Below are positions 10,367 to 29,669 of a stretch of DNA of 64,000 nucleotides, in pieces (within the stretch, counting starts at the first letter, position 1; each line of letters begins with the position of its first letter). The stretch covers positions 31,450 to 95,449 of the forward strand of contig JAHECS010000009.1 in the NCBI GenBank assembly GCA_024641635.1, given 5' to 3'. The notes under the pieces are model-generated. The model had not been told where the DNA came from, did not search any database, and saw only the letters and a program-made list of their open reading frames with translations. Position numbers and translations under genes: made by a program. Source of the stretch: Actinomycetes bacterium. GTDB lineage: Bacteria; Actinomycetota; Actinomycetes; S36-B12.

Positions 10367-11587
10367 ATGGCCATCGACAGCGTCCCCCCGGACGCGCACG
10401 CTCTTCCGGGGCACTTCGGCCCCTATGGCGGCCGGTTCGTGCCCGAGGCGCTGACCGCGGCGCTCGACGAGCTCGACGCCGCCTTCGAAGCGGCGCTTGC
10501 CGACCCGGCTTTCACCACCGAGCTCGCCGATCTCGAGCGCACCTACACGGGTCGTCCCAACCCGCTGACTCCAGCGCTGCGCTTCGGCGAGCTCTGCGGG
10601 GGTGCCCGCATCTACCTCAAGCGTGAGGACCTCAACCACACCGGCTCGCACAAGATCAACAACGTGCTCGGCCAGTCACTGCTGACGCGGCGGATGGGCA
10701 AGGCGCGGGTCATCGCGGAGACCGGCGCCGGCCAGCACGGGGTCGCCACGGCCACCGCCGCCGCGCTCATGGGCCTCGAGTGCACCGTGTACATGGGGCT
10801 CGAGGACACCCGCCGGCAGGCGCTCAACGTCGCGCGGATGAAGCTGCTGGGCGCCGAGGTGGTCCCGGTCACGGCCGGCAGCCAGACGCTCAAGGACGCG
10901 ATCAACGAGGCCATGCGCGACTGGGTCACCACGGTCGACCGGACCCACTACGTCCTCGGCACGGTCACTGGCCCGGCGCCCTTCCCGCGCATGGTCAGGC
11001 ACTTCCACGAGGTCATCGGCCGCGAGGCGCGAGAGCAGGTGCTGGCGGCCGAGGGCCGCCTGCCCGACGCTGTCGTCGCGTGCGTCGGCGGCGGCTCCAA
11101 CGCGATCGGGCTGTTCAGCGGCTTCATCGACGACCCCGAGGTCCAGCTGCGCGGCTACGAGGCGGGTGGCGAGGGAGTGGCCACCGGGCGGCATGCCTCG
11201 CGCTTCGCCGCGGGCAGCCCCGGCGTCCTCCATGGCGCCCGCACGTACGTCATGCAGGACGAGTGGGGCCAGACCCTCCCCTCGCACTCGATCTCGGCCG
11301 GTCTCGACTACCCGGGCGTCGGCCCTGAGCACTCGTGGCTGCATGACACCGGACGGGCCGTGTACGAGCCAGTGGACGATGCCGAGGCGATGGAGGCGTT
11401 CGCCGCCCTGTGCCGCACCGAGGGGATCATCCCCGCGATCGAGTCGGCGCACGCGCTCGCCGGCGCCATGCGGCTGGGCCGGGAGCTCGGGCCGGAGGCG
11501 CTCATCATCGTCAACCTGTCCGGCCGCGGCGACAAGGACGTCGAGACCGCGGCGCGCTGGTTCGGCATCGAGCTGGGCGAATCGTGA
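10367..11587 (+). CDS. trpB: Tryptophan synthase beta chain
   Basis: 406 aa. It has HTGSHKINN (PLP lysine), [10 protein letters not shown] and GGGSNAIG. Confidence 0.97.
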   Translation: MAIDSVPPDAHALPGHFGPYGGRFVPEALTAALDELDAAFEAALADPAFTTELADLERTYTGRPNPLTPALRFGELCGGARIYLKREDLNHTGSHKINNVLGQSLLTRRMGKARVIAETGAGQHGVATATAAALMGLECTVYMGLEDTRRQALNVARMKLLGAEVVPVTAGSQTLKDAINEAMRDWVTTVDRTHYVLGTVTGPAPFPRMVRHFHEVIGREAREQVLAAEGRLPDAVVACVGGGSNAIGLFSGFIDDPEVQLRGYEAGGEGVATGRHASRFAAGSPGVLHGARTYVMQDEWGQTLPSHSISAGLDYPGVGPEHSWLHDTGRAVYEPVDDAEAMEAFAALCRTEGIIPAIESAHALAGAMRLGRELGPEALIIVNLSGRGDKDVETAARWFGIELGES

Positions 11588-12384
11588 CGCGCCCGCTCGC
11601 CGAGGTCTTCGCCGCTGCCCGTGCCGAGGGTCGATCCGCCCTCATCGGCTACCTCCCGGCAGGCTTCCCGAGCGAGGCCGGCGCCGTGGCGCTCATCAAC
11701 GCGATGGTCGAGTCGGGCGTCGACATCGTCGAGGTCGGCCTGCCGTACTCCGACCCGCTCATGGACGGCCCTGACATCCAGGCCGCGGTCGACATCGCCC
11801 TGCGCGGCGGGGCAACCACCGACGTCGTCCTCGACACCGTCGCCCGGGTCGCCGAGTCGGGGGCCAGCGCCGTCGTCATGTCCTACTGGAATCCGATCGA
11901 GCGCTACGGGGTCGAGCGCTTCGCGGGCCGGCTGGCGGCGGCAGGGGGCCAAGGCGTCATCACGCCCGACCTCACGCCTGAGGAGGCGGGACCGTGGATC
12001 GACGCGACGACGACCCACGGAATGGACCGCATCTTCCTGGTGGCCCCCTCGTCCACGGACACCCGCATTGCGACGGTGGCGGCCGTGACGTCCGGGTTCC
12101 TGTACGCCGCGTCGACGATGGGGGTGACGGGTGCGCGCACCGAGGTGAGCTCGGCGGCGCCCGAGCTCGTCGGCCGGGCTCGCGCGCTGACGGACCTGCC
12201 CATCGCGGTCGGACTGGGAGTGTCCACGGGGGCGCAGGCCCGCGACGTCGCTTCGTACGCGGACGGCGTGATCGTCGGCTCGGCCTTCGTCCGGAGGATC
12301 CTCCAGGCGCCTGATCTGGACGCGGCCGTCGCGGCCGTGCGTTCCCTGGCGGAGGAGCTGGCCGCGGGGGTGCGCGGGAGGTAG
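11584..12384 (+). CDS. trpA: Tryptophan synthase alpha chain
   Basis: The GTG at 11584 overlaps the trpB stop. It has [22 protein letters not shown]. Confidence 0.94.
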   Translation: MTRPLAEVFAAARAEGRSALIGYLPAGFPSEAGAVALINAMVESGVDIVEVGLPYSDPLMDGPDIQAAVDIALRGGATTDVVLDTVARVAESGASAVVMSYWNPIERYGVERFAGRLAAAGGQGVITPDLTPEEAGPWIDATTTHGMDRIFLVAPSSTDTRIATVAAVTSGFLYAASTMGVTGARTEVSSAAPELVGRARALTDLPIAVGLGVSTGAQARDVASYADGVIVGSAFVRRILQAPDLDAAVAAVRSLAEELAAGVRGR

Positions 12385-12484
12385 CGGGAACCGCGGGATC
12401 CCTTGAAACGTCAACCAGACCGACCACGTACGGTGTACCGAGCACACCACGCGCCGGCGGCGCACCGATCCCCAGGAGACGTCA

Positions 12485-13318
12485 ATGAGCGAGTCGGGCA
12501 AGAACCGCCGCGATCGTGCAGCCGCGGCCCGCGACGAAGCGAACGCACAGGAGCGCCGGCGAGAGCGCATGGTGCGGATCATCGGAGCGATCACGGTGCT
12601 CGTGGTCGTGGCCGGCATCATCGCGGTCGCCGTCGTGGCCAGGAACTCGAGCGACACCCCGGCGGCCACGGACCTGCCTTCTCCCGATCCGACGGCCGCG
12701 CTGCCGACCGGAGCGCTCGGGAGCGACGACGTCCATTCCTTCGGCGTCCCCTATGGCTCGGCCACCGACGTCCCGGTCCTGGCGATCTGGGAGGACTTCC
12801 AGTGCCCCGCGTGCGGTGCGGTCGAACGGGCCAACGGCACCGGCATCGAGTCCCTGGCGGAGAGCGGCAAGGTCCAGCTGGTCTGGCGGCCGACCACCTT
12901 CCTCGACGGGAACCTGGGCAACGACGCATCCGCCAGGGCCGTCGCGGCCTGGGGATGCGCGGTCGACGCGGGGAAGGCGAAGGAGTACCACAACACGGTC
13001 TACGCGAACCAGCCCGAGGTCGAGGGCACCGGATACACCGATGACCAGCTGATCGGGTTCGCGAGCGACTCCGGCATCACCGGGACCGAACTCGAGACGT
13101 TCACCACGTGCTTCGCCGACCGGACCTACCTGGGCTGGGCGGCCAACAGCACCAACGAGTTCTACGGGGCCAGCGTGCCGGGCACGCCCTTCGCGACCCT
13201 GGACGGCGTCGAGATCCCGACGGAGACCCTCGTCGACCAGGCGGCCCTGGAGAAGCTCGTCGACGACGCCATCGCCGGCGTGACGCCAGCGGCGTCCTCG
13301 TCGCCGGCCGCCTCGTGA
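12485..13318 (+). CDS. Membrane-anchored DsbA-like thiol:disulfide oxidoreductase
   Basis: 277 aa. It has a charged N-terminus, one TM segment (IIGAITVLVVVAGIIAVAVV) and the CxxC motif FQCPACG. Confidence 0.8.
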   Translation: MSESGKNRRDRAAAARDEANAQERRRERMVRIIGAITVLVVVAGIIAVAVVARNSSDTPAATDLPSPDPTAALPTGALGSDDVHSFGVPYGSATDVPVLAIWEDFQCPACGAVERANGTGIESLAESGKVQLVWRPTTFLDGNLGNDASARAVAAWGCAVDAGKAKEYHNTVYANQPEVEGTGYTDDQLIGFASDSGITGTELETFTTCFADRTYLGWAANSTNEFYGASVPGTPFATLDGVEIPTETLVDQAALEKLVDDAIAGVTPAASSSPAAS

Positions 13319-13331
13319 GCGACCCGACCGC

Positions 13332-14222
13332 GTGATCCTCGCGAGCATCCCCAGCCCGGACCAGGGGGTCTGGAACCTCGGGCCGCTGCCACTGCGCGCC
13401 TACGCCCTGCTGATCGTCGCGGGCATCGTCGTCGCGGTCTGGCTGGGGAACCGCCGCTACGTGGCCCGAGGCGGCACACCGGGCACCATCACGGACATCG
13501 CGATCTGGGCGGTGCCGTTCGGGATCGTCGGTGGGCGGCTGTACCACGTCATCACCGACTGGCAGATCTACTTCGCCGAGGGTGGCAAGGGGTTCGTCGG
13601 CGCCCTGCGGATCTGGGACGGTGGGCTGGGCATCTGGGGTGCCGTCGCACTGGGCGGAGTCGGGGCGTGGATCGGCGCACGGCGCAATGGGATCCTGCTC
13701 CCGCCCGTGGGGGACGCCATCGCGCCCGGCATCGCCGTGGCGCAGGCGATCGGGCGCTGGGGGAACTGGTTCAACCAGGAGCTCTTCGGGGCCCCGACCG
13801 ACCTGCCGTGGGGCCTGGAGATCTCGGTAGAGAACCGTCCCGCGGGGTACGAGCAGTACGCGACGTTCCACCCCACCTTCCTGTACGAATCCCTGTGGCT
13901 GATCGGCATCGCCCTGGTCCTGGTGTGGGCCGACCGTCGGTACCAGATGGGGCACGGACGCGTCTTCGCCCTCTACATCGCCCTCTACTGCTCCGGTCGC
14001 ATCTGGATCGAGGCGCTGAGGATCGACACAGCGAACACGGTGCTCGGCCTGCGGCTCAACGTGTGGACCGCGCTCCTCGTGGGGCTGGCGGCCCTGGGCT
14101 ACCTCGTCATCTCGTCCCGGCTCAGGCCGGGTCGTGAGGAGGTCCTCACCCGTCCGGGCGCCGATCCGCCGCCGCTCGACCCAGCGGACGCCGTCGAGGA
14201 GGACCGGCCGCCGATCGGGTAG
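13332..14222 (+). CDS. lgt: Prolipoprotein diacylglyceryl transferase
   Basis: 296 aa. It has [28 protein letters not shown] and [12 protein letters not shown]. Confidence 0.92.
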   Translation: MILASIPSPDQGVWNLGPLPLRAYALLIVAGIVVAVWLGNRRYVARGGTPGTITDIAIWAVPFGIVGGRLYHVITDWQIYFAEGGKGFVGALRIWDGGLGIWGAVALGGVGAWIGARRNGILLPPVGDAIAPGIAVAQAIGRWGNWFNQELFGAPTDLPWGLEISVENRPAGYEQYATFHPTFLYESLWLIGIALVLVWADRRYQMGHGRVFALYIALYCSGRIWIEALRIDTANTVLGLRLNVWTALLVGLAALGYLVISSRLRPGREEVLTRPGADPPPLDPADAVEEDRPPIG

Positions 14223-14263
14223 GGTTTCGCGGACACGGGCCAACGTCGTCCTGTGAGCGGCAC

Positions 14264-14281
14264 CCGATCCACCGGGATCGG
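14264..14281 (+). terminator. Candidate stem-loop after lgt (CCGATCC-accg-GGATCGG)
   Basis: A perfect 7-bp stem 42 nt after the lgt stop. A second small stem lies at 14282..14297. There is no U-tract. Confidence 0.3.
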
Positions 14282-14317
14282 CGCACCTCGTGGTGCGAGC
14301 CGACGGACGACGAACGG

Positions 14318-18851
<4,534 letters not shown>

Positions 18852-18859
<8 letters not shown>

Positions 18860-20306
18860 TCCGAAGGGGTTCCTGTCCACCGGACGCGAACTGCCGTCGC
18901 GCCGCCCTGTCGACGTGCGTATCCGTGACTGGCGGGAGGTCTACGAGCCGTTCGACTCTGCCGAGCTCGAGAAGCAGGCCGGCCGGTGCATGGACTGCGG
19001 CATCCCGTTCTGCCACAACGGCTGCCCCCTCGGGAACCTCATACCCGAGTGGAACGACCTGGTCTGGGAGGGCGACTGGAAGGACGCGATCGAGCGCCTG
19101 CACGCCACCAACAACTTCCCTGAGTTCACCGGTCGACTCTGCCCGGCCCCGTGCGAGGCCGCCTGCGTCCTGGGCATCAATGCCGACCCCGTGACCATCA
19201 AGCAGGTCGAGGTGTCGATCATCGACCGGGCCTGGGACGAGGGCTGGGTCACCCCGCAGCCCCCCACGCGGCTCACCGGCAAGACGGTTGCCGTCGTCGG
19301 GTCGGGCCCGTCCGGGTTGGCTGCGGCCCAGCAGCTCGCACGCGCCGGTCACACCGTCGCGGTCTTCGAGCGGGCAGATCGCATCGGGGGACTCCTGCGG
19401 TACGGCATCCCGGAGTTCAAGATGGAGAAGCGGCACGTCGACCGCCGACTCGCGCAGATGGAGGCGGAGGGCGTCAAGTTCCGCGCGGGCGTCGAGATCG
19501 GGATCGACGTGACCGGCTCCGACCTGAGGCAGAGGTACGACGCCGTGGTCGTGGCGATCGGCGCGACCGCGTGGCGTGACCTGCCGGTACCCGGTCGCGA
19601 GCTGACCGGCGTCTACCAGGCGATGGAGTACCTGCCGCTGGCGAACCGGGTCCAGGAAGGGGACCTCGAGTCTTCCCCGATCGACGTGCAGGGCAAGCAC
19701 GTCGTGATCATCGGAGGCGGGGACACGGGCGCGGACTGCCTCGGCACGTCCCACCGTCAGGGGGCGGCCTCGGTGACCCAGCTGGAGATCATGCCGACGC
19801 CGCCGTCGTCGCGACCGGACAGCCAGCCGTGGCCCACCTACCCGATGGTCTACCGCGTGTCGAGCGCGCACGAGGAGGGCGGCGAGCGGATGTTCGCCGT
19901 GTCGACCGAACGCTTCCTCGACGATGGCAACGGCCGGCTTCGGGCGCTCGAACTCGTCGACGTCGAGCCGTACGAGGGCGGATTCCGGCCAGTGGCCGGC
20001 TCGGCGCGGGAGATCCCCGCGGACTTCGTGTTCCTTGCGATGGGCTTCGTCGGGCCGGAGCGCGGCGGCGTCATCGACCAGCTGGGCCTCTCGCTCGACG
20101 CGCGCGGTGCCATCGTCCGCGAGGCGGACTACGGAACCGACGTGCCGGGCGTCTTCGTCGCGGGGGACGCGGGTCGTGGACAGTCCCTGATCGTGTGGGC
20201 CATCGCCGAAGGGCGCGCGGCGGCCTCGTCCGTCGACGCGTACCTGATGGGCGGCACGAATCTGCCCGCGCCGATCCCTGCCACCGCTCGCCCGCTGGTG
20301 GTGTGA
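18852..20306 (+). CDS. gltD: Glutamate synthase small subunit
   Basis: 484 aa. It has the Fe-S motif [10 protein letters not shown] and the dinucleotide fold [17 protein letters not shown]. It overlaps gltB by 8 nt. Confidence 0.96.
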
Positions 20307-20347
20307 CGTGACGTCCGCTGCAACCGCTTACGGGTAGGGTTCGCACC

Positions 20348-21781
20348 ATGCGTCGCGCCAAGATCGTCGCCACCCTCGGTCCGTCAACCAGCACGCTGGA
20401 GTCCATCCGGTCATTGGTCGACGCCGGCATGGATGTGGCTCGCCTCAACCTCTCGCACGGCAGCCACGAGGACCACCTGAAGGTCTACGAGCACGTCCGC
20501 ACCGCCTCGGATCAGGCCCAGCGCGGCGTCGGGATCCTGGTCGACCTTCAGGGGCCCAAGATCCGACTCGGTCGATTCGCGTCCGGACCGGTCCTGCTCG
20601 CGTCCGGTGACGAGTTCATCGTGACGACGGACCCGGTGCCCGGGGATCGGCACATGGTGTCGACCACCTACTCCGGCCTGCCGGGTGACGTGAACGCCGG
20701 CGACCTCGTCCTCGTCGACGACGGACGCGTCGAGCTGGTCGTCACCAAGGTGGAGGGCAGCAACGTGCACACCGTCGTGCGCGAGGGCGGCCGGGTGTCG
20801 GACAACAAGGGCTTCAACCTGCCGGGTGCGGCCATGAGCGTGCCCGCCATGTCGGACAAGGACAGGGACGACCTCCGCTGGGCCCTGCGCACGGGCGCCG
20901 ATCTCATCGCGCTGTCGTTCGTCCGCTCCGCCGCCGACGTGGCCGACGTGCACGCGATCATGGACGAGGAGGGCGTGCGACTTCCCGTTCTGGCGAAGGT
21001 CGAGAAGCCGCAGGCGATCGAGAACCTCGAGGAGATCATCGCCGCGTTCGACGGTGTCATGGTCGCGCGCGGCGATCTCGGGGTCGAGCTGCCGCTGGAG
21101 GCCGTGCCGCTGGTCCAGAAGCGGGCCATCCACCTGTGCCGCGAAGCCGGCAAGCCGGTCATCGTCGCGACCCAGATGCTGGACTCCATGGCCGTCGCCA
21201 ACCGGCCGACGCGGGCGGAGGCGAGCGACGTCGCCAACGCCATCCTCGACGGCGCCGACGCGCTCATGCTGTCGGGAGAGACCAGCGTCGGGGAGCATCC
21301 GAGCCTGGTCGTCGAGACCATGAGCCGGATCATCGAGCACGTCGAGACCTGGGCCCTCCACGAGCTGCCGTCGTTGTCCGACCCCTGGACCGGATCCACC
21401 GCACGGGCCCTCACGCATGCCGCGGTCGACGTCGCCGAGGGCGTCGATGCGACGCACCTCATCGCCTTCACCGAGACCGGTTCGACGGCACGCCTCATCG
21501 CACGCTGGCGGCGGCGCACGCCTCTGCTCGCGTTCACGCCCAACGCCCGCGTGCGCAGCCAGCTGTCGCTCGTCTGGGGCGTGGAGACCTTCCTTGGCCG
21601 CACGGTGGACCACACGGACGACATGGTCGAGCTCGTCGACAAGGCGCTTCTCGACATCGGTCGAGCCACCATCGGAGACCGCGTCGTCATCGTCGCGGGC
21701 GTGCCGCCGGGCGTCCCGGGGACCACGAACGGCATGCGCGTCCACAAGATGGGCAGCTCCGGGCGCGGTCTCGGCGTCTAG
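20348..21781 (+). CDS. pyk: Pyruvate kinase
   Basis: 477 aa. It has [12 protein letters not shown] and [12 protein letters not shown]. Confidence 0.97.
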   Translation: MRRAKIVATLGPSTSTLESIRSLVDAGMDVARLNLSHGSHEDHLKVYEHVRTASDQAQRGVGILVDLQGPKIRLGRFASGPVLLASGDEFIVTTDPVPGDRHMVSTTYSGLPGDVNAGDLVLVDDGRVELVVTKVEGSNVHTVVREGGRVSDNKGFNLPGAAMSVPAMSDKDRDDLRWALRTGADLIALSFVRSAADVADVHAIMDEEGVRLPVLAKVEKPQAIENLEEIIAAFDGVMVARGDLGVELPLEAVPLVQKRAIHLCREAGKPVIVATQMLDSMAVANRPTRAEASDVANAILDGADALMLSGETSVGEHPSLVVETMSRIIEHVETWALHELPSLSDPWTGSTARALTHAAVDVAEGVDATHLIAFTETGSTARLIARWRRRTPLLAFTPNARVRSQLSLVWGVETFLGRTVDHTDDMVELVDKALLDIGRATIGDRVVIVAGVPPGVPGTTNGMRVHKMGSSGRGLGV

Positions 21782-21787
21782 CTGCTC

Positions 21788-21828
21788 GTGCCGGCCCGGC
21801 GTCAGGGGGTCTGCCCCCAGTCCGGCAC
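21788..21828 (+). terminator. Nested stem-loop after pyk (GTGCCGG...GGGGG-tctg-CCCCC...CCGGCAC)
   Basis: An outer 7-bp stem and an inner 5-bp stem, read directly, beginning 7 nt after the pyk stop. There is no U-tract, consistent with an actinobacterial I-shaped terminator. Confidence 0.35.
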
Positions 21829-21869
21829 GCAGGTGCCACTAGGGTTCGTGGTGATCGACAACCTTTAAG

Positions 21870-21888
21870 CCCGTCCAGAGAGGCGGGG
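21870..21888 (+). promoter_or_regulatory. PyrR-binding RNA hairpin (CCCGUCCAGAGAGGCGGGG) abutting the pyrR ribosome-binding site
   Basis: It contains the conserved PyrR recognition core UCCAGAGAGG inside a CCCGUC/GGCGGG stem, directly followed by the purine-rich GGGGAAGGGGG and the pyrR ATG at 21901. Confidence 0.7.
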
Positions 21889-21900
21889 AAGGGGGTCCAT

Positions 21901-22446
21901 ATGGATTCACGCGCGCATGTCGTCCTCGACGACGCCGACATCGGCCGCGCCATCCGGCGTATCGCCCACGAGATCGTCGAGCGGGCCCGCGGGAGCGAGT
22001 CACTCATCCTCCTCGGCATCCCGACCCGCGGCGTGGCACTGGCCCATCGCATCGCCGACGCCGTAGCGGCCATCGAGGGCACCGAGGTGCCGGTCGGCTC
22101 GCTCGACATCACCCTCTACCGAGACGACCTCCGGATGCGTCCGGCGCGTGCCCTGGAGCCGACCACCATCCCTGCGGGCGGCGTCGACGACAAGGTCGTC
22201 GTGCTCGTCGACGACGTGCTGTTCTCCGGTCGAACGATCCGCGCCGCCCTGGACGCGCTGAACGACGTCGGCCGGCCTTCGGCCGTGCAGCTGGCCGTCC
22301 TCGTCGATCGCGGCCATCGGCAGCTGCCCATCCGGCCCGACTACGTCGGCAAGAACCTGCCCACGTCGCTCACGGAGCAGGTCCGGGTGGAGGTCGCCGA
22401 GGTCGACGGCGCCGACCAGGTCACCATCCTGGGGGAGCCGCAGTGA
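21901..22446 (+). CDS. pyrR: Bifunctional pyrimidine operon regulator / uracil phosphoribosyltransferase
   Basis: Starts at ATG 21901. It has the PRPP-binding motif [18 protein letters not shown]. The upstream part of ORF 21136..22446 lies in a different frame of pyk. Confidence 0.93.
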   Translation: MDSRAHVVLDDADIGRAIRRIAHEIVERARGSESLILLGIPTRGVALAHRIADAVAAIEGTEVPVGSLDITLYRDDLRMRPARALEPTTIPAGGVDDKVVVLVDDVLFSGRTIRAALDALNDVGRPSAVQLAVLVDRGHRQLPIRPDYVGKNLPTSLTEQVRVEVAEVDGADQVTILGEPQ

Positions 22447-23381
22447 AGCACCTGCTGTCCGCCGCCGACCTGAGCCGCGACGAGGCCGTGCTCGTCCTCG
22501 ACACGGCTGCGGAGCTGGCCGCCGTGACGGACCGCTCCGTGAAGAAGCTGCCCACCCTGCGAGGGCGAACGGTCGTCAACCTCTTCTTCGAGGATTCGAC
22601 ACGCACGCGCATCTCCTTCGAGGTGGCGGCGAAGCGACTGTCGGCGGATGTCATCAACTTCGCCGCCAAGGGGTCGTCGGTGTCGAAGGGCGAGTCCCTC
22701 AAGGACACTGCCCTCACGCTGGAGGCCATGGGTGCTGACGCCGTGGTCATCCGGCACGGCTCCTCGGGTGCGCCCCACCGGCTCGCCACGGCAGGCTGGA
22801 TCGGAGGGTCGGTCGTCAACGCCGGCGACGGCACCCACGAGCACCCCACTCAAGCCCTTCTCGACGCGTTCACGCTGCGCCGGCACCTGCGCGAGGGCAG
22901 TGGCGATCTCGATGGACTGCGCGTCGCCATCGTCGGCGACATCCTGCACAGCCGAGTCGCGCGCTCCAACGTCCTCCTCATGAGGACCCTCGGGGCCGAG
23001 GTCACGCTGATCGCCCCGCCGACCCTCATGCCCTACGGAGTCGAGTCATGGCCCTGCTCGGTGTCCTACGACATCGACACCGTGCTGCCCGATGTCGACG
23101 CGGTGATGATGCTGCGCGTGCAGGCCGAGCGCATGCACGCCGCGTACTTCCCGTCGACGCTCGAGTACTCGCGCCTGTACGGCCTCGACGTCGCGCGGAT
23201 GTCCCGGCTGCCGGACCACGCCATCGTCATGCACCCGGGCCCGATGAACCGCGGCATGGAGATCTCCGCCGACGTGGCCGACTCCCCGCGGGCCGTGATG
23301 GTGGAGCAGGTGGCCAACGGGGTCAGCGTGCGCATGGCGGTGCTGTACCTGCTGCTCGGCGGGATGAAGGAGGACATCTGA
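22443..23381 (+). CDS. pyrB: Aspartate carbamoyltransferase catalytic subunit
   Basis: 312 aa. It has FFEDSTRTR and HPTQALLD. The GTG start overlaps the pyrR stop. Confidence 0.97.
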   Translation: MKHLLSAADLSRDEAVLVLDTAAELAAVTDRSVKKLPTLRGRTVVNLFFEDSTRTRISFEVAAKRLSADVINFAAKGSSVSKGESLKDTALTLEAMGADAVVIRHGSSGAPHRLATAGWIGGSVVNAGDGTHEHPTQALLDAFTLRRHLREGSGDLDGLRVAIVGDILHSRVARSNVLLMRTLGAEVTLIAPPTLMPYGVESWPCSVSYDIDTVLPDVDAVMMLRVQAERMHAAYFPSTLEYSRLYGLDVARMSRLPDHAIVMHPGPMNRGMEISADVADSPRAVMVEQVANGVSVRMAVLYLLLGGMKEDI

Positions 23382-24664
23382 TGACGTCGCTGGTGCTCCG
23401 CGGGGTGCGCCCCTACGGCGAGGACCCCGTCGACATCGTGATCGCCGACGGCGTCATCGTCGACCTGGCCGCGCCCGGCACCGGTGACGGAGAGGTCATC
23501 CACGCCGAGGACCTGGTCGCCCTGCCCGGCTTCGTCGATCTCCACACGCACCTGCGTGAACCCGGCCGCGAGGACGCCGAGACGGTGCTCACCGGCACCC
23601 GCGCCGCCGCGCTGGGCGGATTCACGTGCGTGCACGCCATGGCCAACACCAACCCGGTCGCGGACACCGCCGGCGTCGTCGAGCAGGTGTGGCGCCTGGG
23701 GCAGGTGGCCGGACTGGTCGACGTGCGTCCCGTCGGCGCCGTGACGCTGGGGCTCGAGGGCGAGCGCCTTGCCGAGCTCGGCGCGATGGCGCATTCCGCG
23801 GCCGAGGTGAGGGTGTTCAGCGACGACGGCAAGTGCGTCCATGACGCCGTTCTCATGCGTCGGGCCCTCGAGTACGTGAAGGCGTTCGGCGGTGTGGTGG
23901 CCCAGCACGCGCAGGAGCCGCGGCTGACCGAGGGCGCCCAGATGAACGAGGGCGAGCTGTCGGGTCGCCTCGGCCTCGCCGGTTGGCCAGCGGTCGCCGA
24001 GGAGGCGATCATCGCCCGAGACGTGCTGCTCGCCCAGCATGTCGGATCGCGCTTGCACGTGTGCCACGTGTCGACGGCGGGGTCGGTCGAGGTGATCCGC
24101 TGGGCGAAGGCTCGCGGCGTCGACGTCACGGCCGAGGTGACTCCGCACCACCTGATCCTGACAGAGGATCTCGTGCAGTCGTACGACCCGATCTACAAGG
24201 TCAACCCTCCGCTGCGCAGCGCCGCTGACGTCGAGGCCCTCCGGGCCGCGCTGGCCGACGGCACCATCGACGCCATCGCCACGGACCACGCGCCGCATCC
24301 GCACGAGGACAAGGACTGCGAGTGGGCCGCCGCGGCCATGGGGATGCTGGGTCTGGAGACCGCGTTCGCGGTGGCGATGTCCACGATGGTCGAGCCCGGC
24401 CTGCTGTCCTGGCGTGACCTGGCGCAGCGGATGTCGGTGCAGCCGGCCCGGATCGGCCGCGTGAGCACCCAGGGCCACGACCTCGTGGTCGGTGCCGTCG
24501 CCAACCTCGCCGTCGTCGACCCCGACGCGCGCGTCGTCGTCGAACCCTCCGGACTCGCCTCGAAGAGCCGCAACACGCCCTACCGGGGCATGGAGCTGCC
24601 CGGTCGCGTGGTCCACACGATCCATGCGGGCACGCCGACCGTCCTCGACGGAGCCCTCGCGTGA
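23381..24664 (+). CDS. pyrC: Dihydroorotase
   Basis: The ATG at 23381 overlaps the pyrB stop by 1 nt. It has GFVDLHTHLREPG and TDHAPH. Confidence 0.94.
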   Translation: MTSLVLRGVRPYGEDPVDIVIADGVIVDLAAPGTGDGEVIHAEDLVALPGFVDLHTHLREPGREDAETVLTGTRAAALGGFTCVHAMANTNPVADTAGVVEQVWRLGQVAGLVDVRPVGAVTLGLEGERLAELGAMAHSAAEVRVFSDDGKCVHDAVLMRRALEYVKAFGGVVAQHAQEPRLTEGAQMNEGELSGRLGLAGWPAVAEEAIIARDVLLAQHVGSRLHVCHVSTAGSVEVIRWAKARGVDVTAEVTPHHLILTEDLVQSYDPIYKVNPPLRSAADVEALRAALADGTIDAIATDHAPHPHEDKDCEWAAAAMGMLGLETAFAVAMSTMVEPGLLSWRDLAQRMSVQPARIGRVSTQGHDLVVGAVANLAVVDPDARVVVEPSGLASKSRNTPYRGMELPGRVVHTIHAGTPTVLDGALA

Positions 24665-25206
24665 GCCTCGAGGACTACACGCAGCAGGCCCAGGTCACCG
24701 ACTGGCCGGCCCGGGTGGCGCTGGTCCTCATCGTGCTGGTCCTCATCGGCCTGGCGCTGTGGGGGATGCGTCGAGGCTGGCTGAACCGTGCCCGCCGACA
24801 GAACGACATCCCCGCTCCTGCCGACGAACGTCCCAGCAGCGTCGTGGTGGGAGCCCCCGTGGAGGGGCTCTACGCCGGTACCGGCGTCAACGGGGACTGG
24901 ATGGACCGGATCGTCGTGCACGATCTCGGCGTCCGCAGCCGCGCCACCATCGCGTGGGGGCCCGGCGGCATCTGGCTGGATCGGCAGGGTGCCAGGAGCC
25001 TGTTCATCCCCGCCGCTGACGTCCTTTCCGTGAGGGCGGACCGCGGAGTCGCCGGGACGGTGCGGTCGAAGGACTCGATGGCAGTCATCACCTGGCGCCT
25101 CGGCGGGCGGATTCTCGACACCGGCTTCCGGGCGGATGTGTCATCAGACCATGTCACTGTGTTGGATGGCCTCGTGGCCACATTCGCGACAGGAGTGCAG
25201 CGATGA
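24661..25206 (+). CDS. Conserved membrane protein of unknown function within the pyr operon (positional equivalent of M. tuberculosis Rv1382)
   Basis: 181 aa. It has one N-terminal TM segment ([17 protein letters not shown]) followed by a soluble domain. It is coupled on both sides (GTGA with pyrC, ATGA with carA). Confidence 0.6.
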   Translation: MSLEDYTQQAQVTDWPARVALVLIVLVLIGLALWGMRRGWLNRARRQNDIPAPADERPSSVVVGAPVEGLYAGTGVNGDWMDRIVVHDLGVRSRATIAWGPGGIWLDRQGARSLFIPAADVLSVRADRGVAGTVRSKDSMAVITWRLGGRILDTGFRADVSSDHVTVLDGLVATFATGVQR

Positions 25207-26341
25207 CGCCCCGACAGCCCGCAGTCCTCGTCCTGGAGGATGGCCGGACGATGCACGGCGAGTCGTACGGTGCGGTCGGCACGACCTTCGGCGAGGCCGT
25301 CTTCACCACGGGCATGAGCGGCTACCAGGAGACCCTGACCGATCCGTCGTACCACCGGCAGGTGGTCGTCATGACGGCGCCGCACATCGGCAACACCGGG
25401 ATGAACCCGGAGGACCCGGAGTCCTCGCGCATCTGGGTGGCCGGATACGTCGTGCGCGATCCGTCCCGCATCGTGTCCAACTGGCGCGCCACCCGCAGTC
25501 TCGAGGACGACCTCGTTGACCAGGGCGTGGTCGGCATCTGCGGCGTCGACACCCGCGCGCTGACCCGTCACCTGCGCGAGCGCGGCGCCATGCGCGTCGG
25601 CCTCTTCAGCGGTGCGGACGCCGAGCACACGCCGGCCGACCTGCTGGCGCGCGTGCAGTCGAGTCCGGGCATGGTGGGCGCCGACCTCACCGCCGATGTC
25701 ACGACCGCGGCGCCCTACGTCGTGCCTGCGCAGGGCGAGCGGAGATTCACCGTGGTGGCAGTCGATCTCGGCATCAAGTCCATGACCCCGCACCAGATGG
25801 CGCGACGCGGCATGGAGGTGCACGTGGTGCCGGCGACCATCACGGCCGATGAGGTGCGAGAGCTCGCGCCCGACGGCGTGTTCTTCTCCAACGGCCCGGG
25901 CGACCCAGCAACCGCCGATCGAGCGGTCCGGCTCGTCCAGGAGCTGCTGGCCGGCGGCGTCCCCGTCTTCGGGATCTGCTTCGGCAACCAGATTCTCGGG
26001 CGGGCACTCGGCCTCGGCACGTACAAGCTGCGCTACGGGCATCGAGGGGTCAACCAGCCGGTCATGGACCTCGCCTCGGGCAGGGTCGCCGTCACCGCCC
26101 ACAACCACGGCTTCGCCGTCGACGCGCCACGCGACGGGGAGTTCGAGACCCCCTTCGGCCGCGCGACCGTCAGCCACGTCTGCCTCAACGACGACGTGGT
26201 CGAGGGCCTGCGCTGCCTGGACGTGCCGGCCTTCAGCGTCCAGTACCACCCGGAGGCAGCGGCCGGCCCGCACGATGCCGACTACCTCTTCGACGAGTTC
26301 GCCGGGCTCATGGAGACCTCTCGCTCGGGACGGAGCGCCTG

Positions 26342-26342
<1 letters not shown>
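25203..26342 (+). CDS. carA: Carbamoyl-phosphate synthase small subunit
   Basis: 379 aa. It has the GATase motif [10 protein letters not shown] and HNHGF. Confidence 0.97.
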
Positions 26343-29641
<3,299 letters not shown>

Positions 29642-29669
29642 TGCGACGCGACAACGGGAGGCGGTAGCG

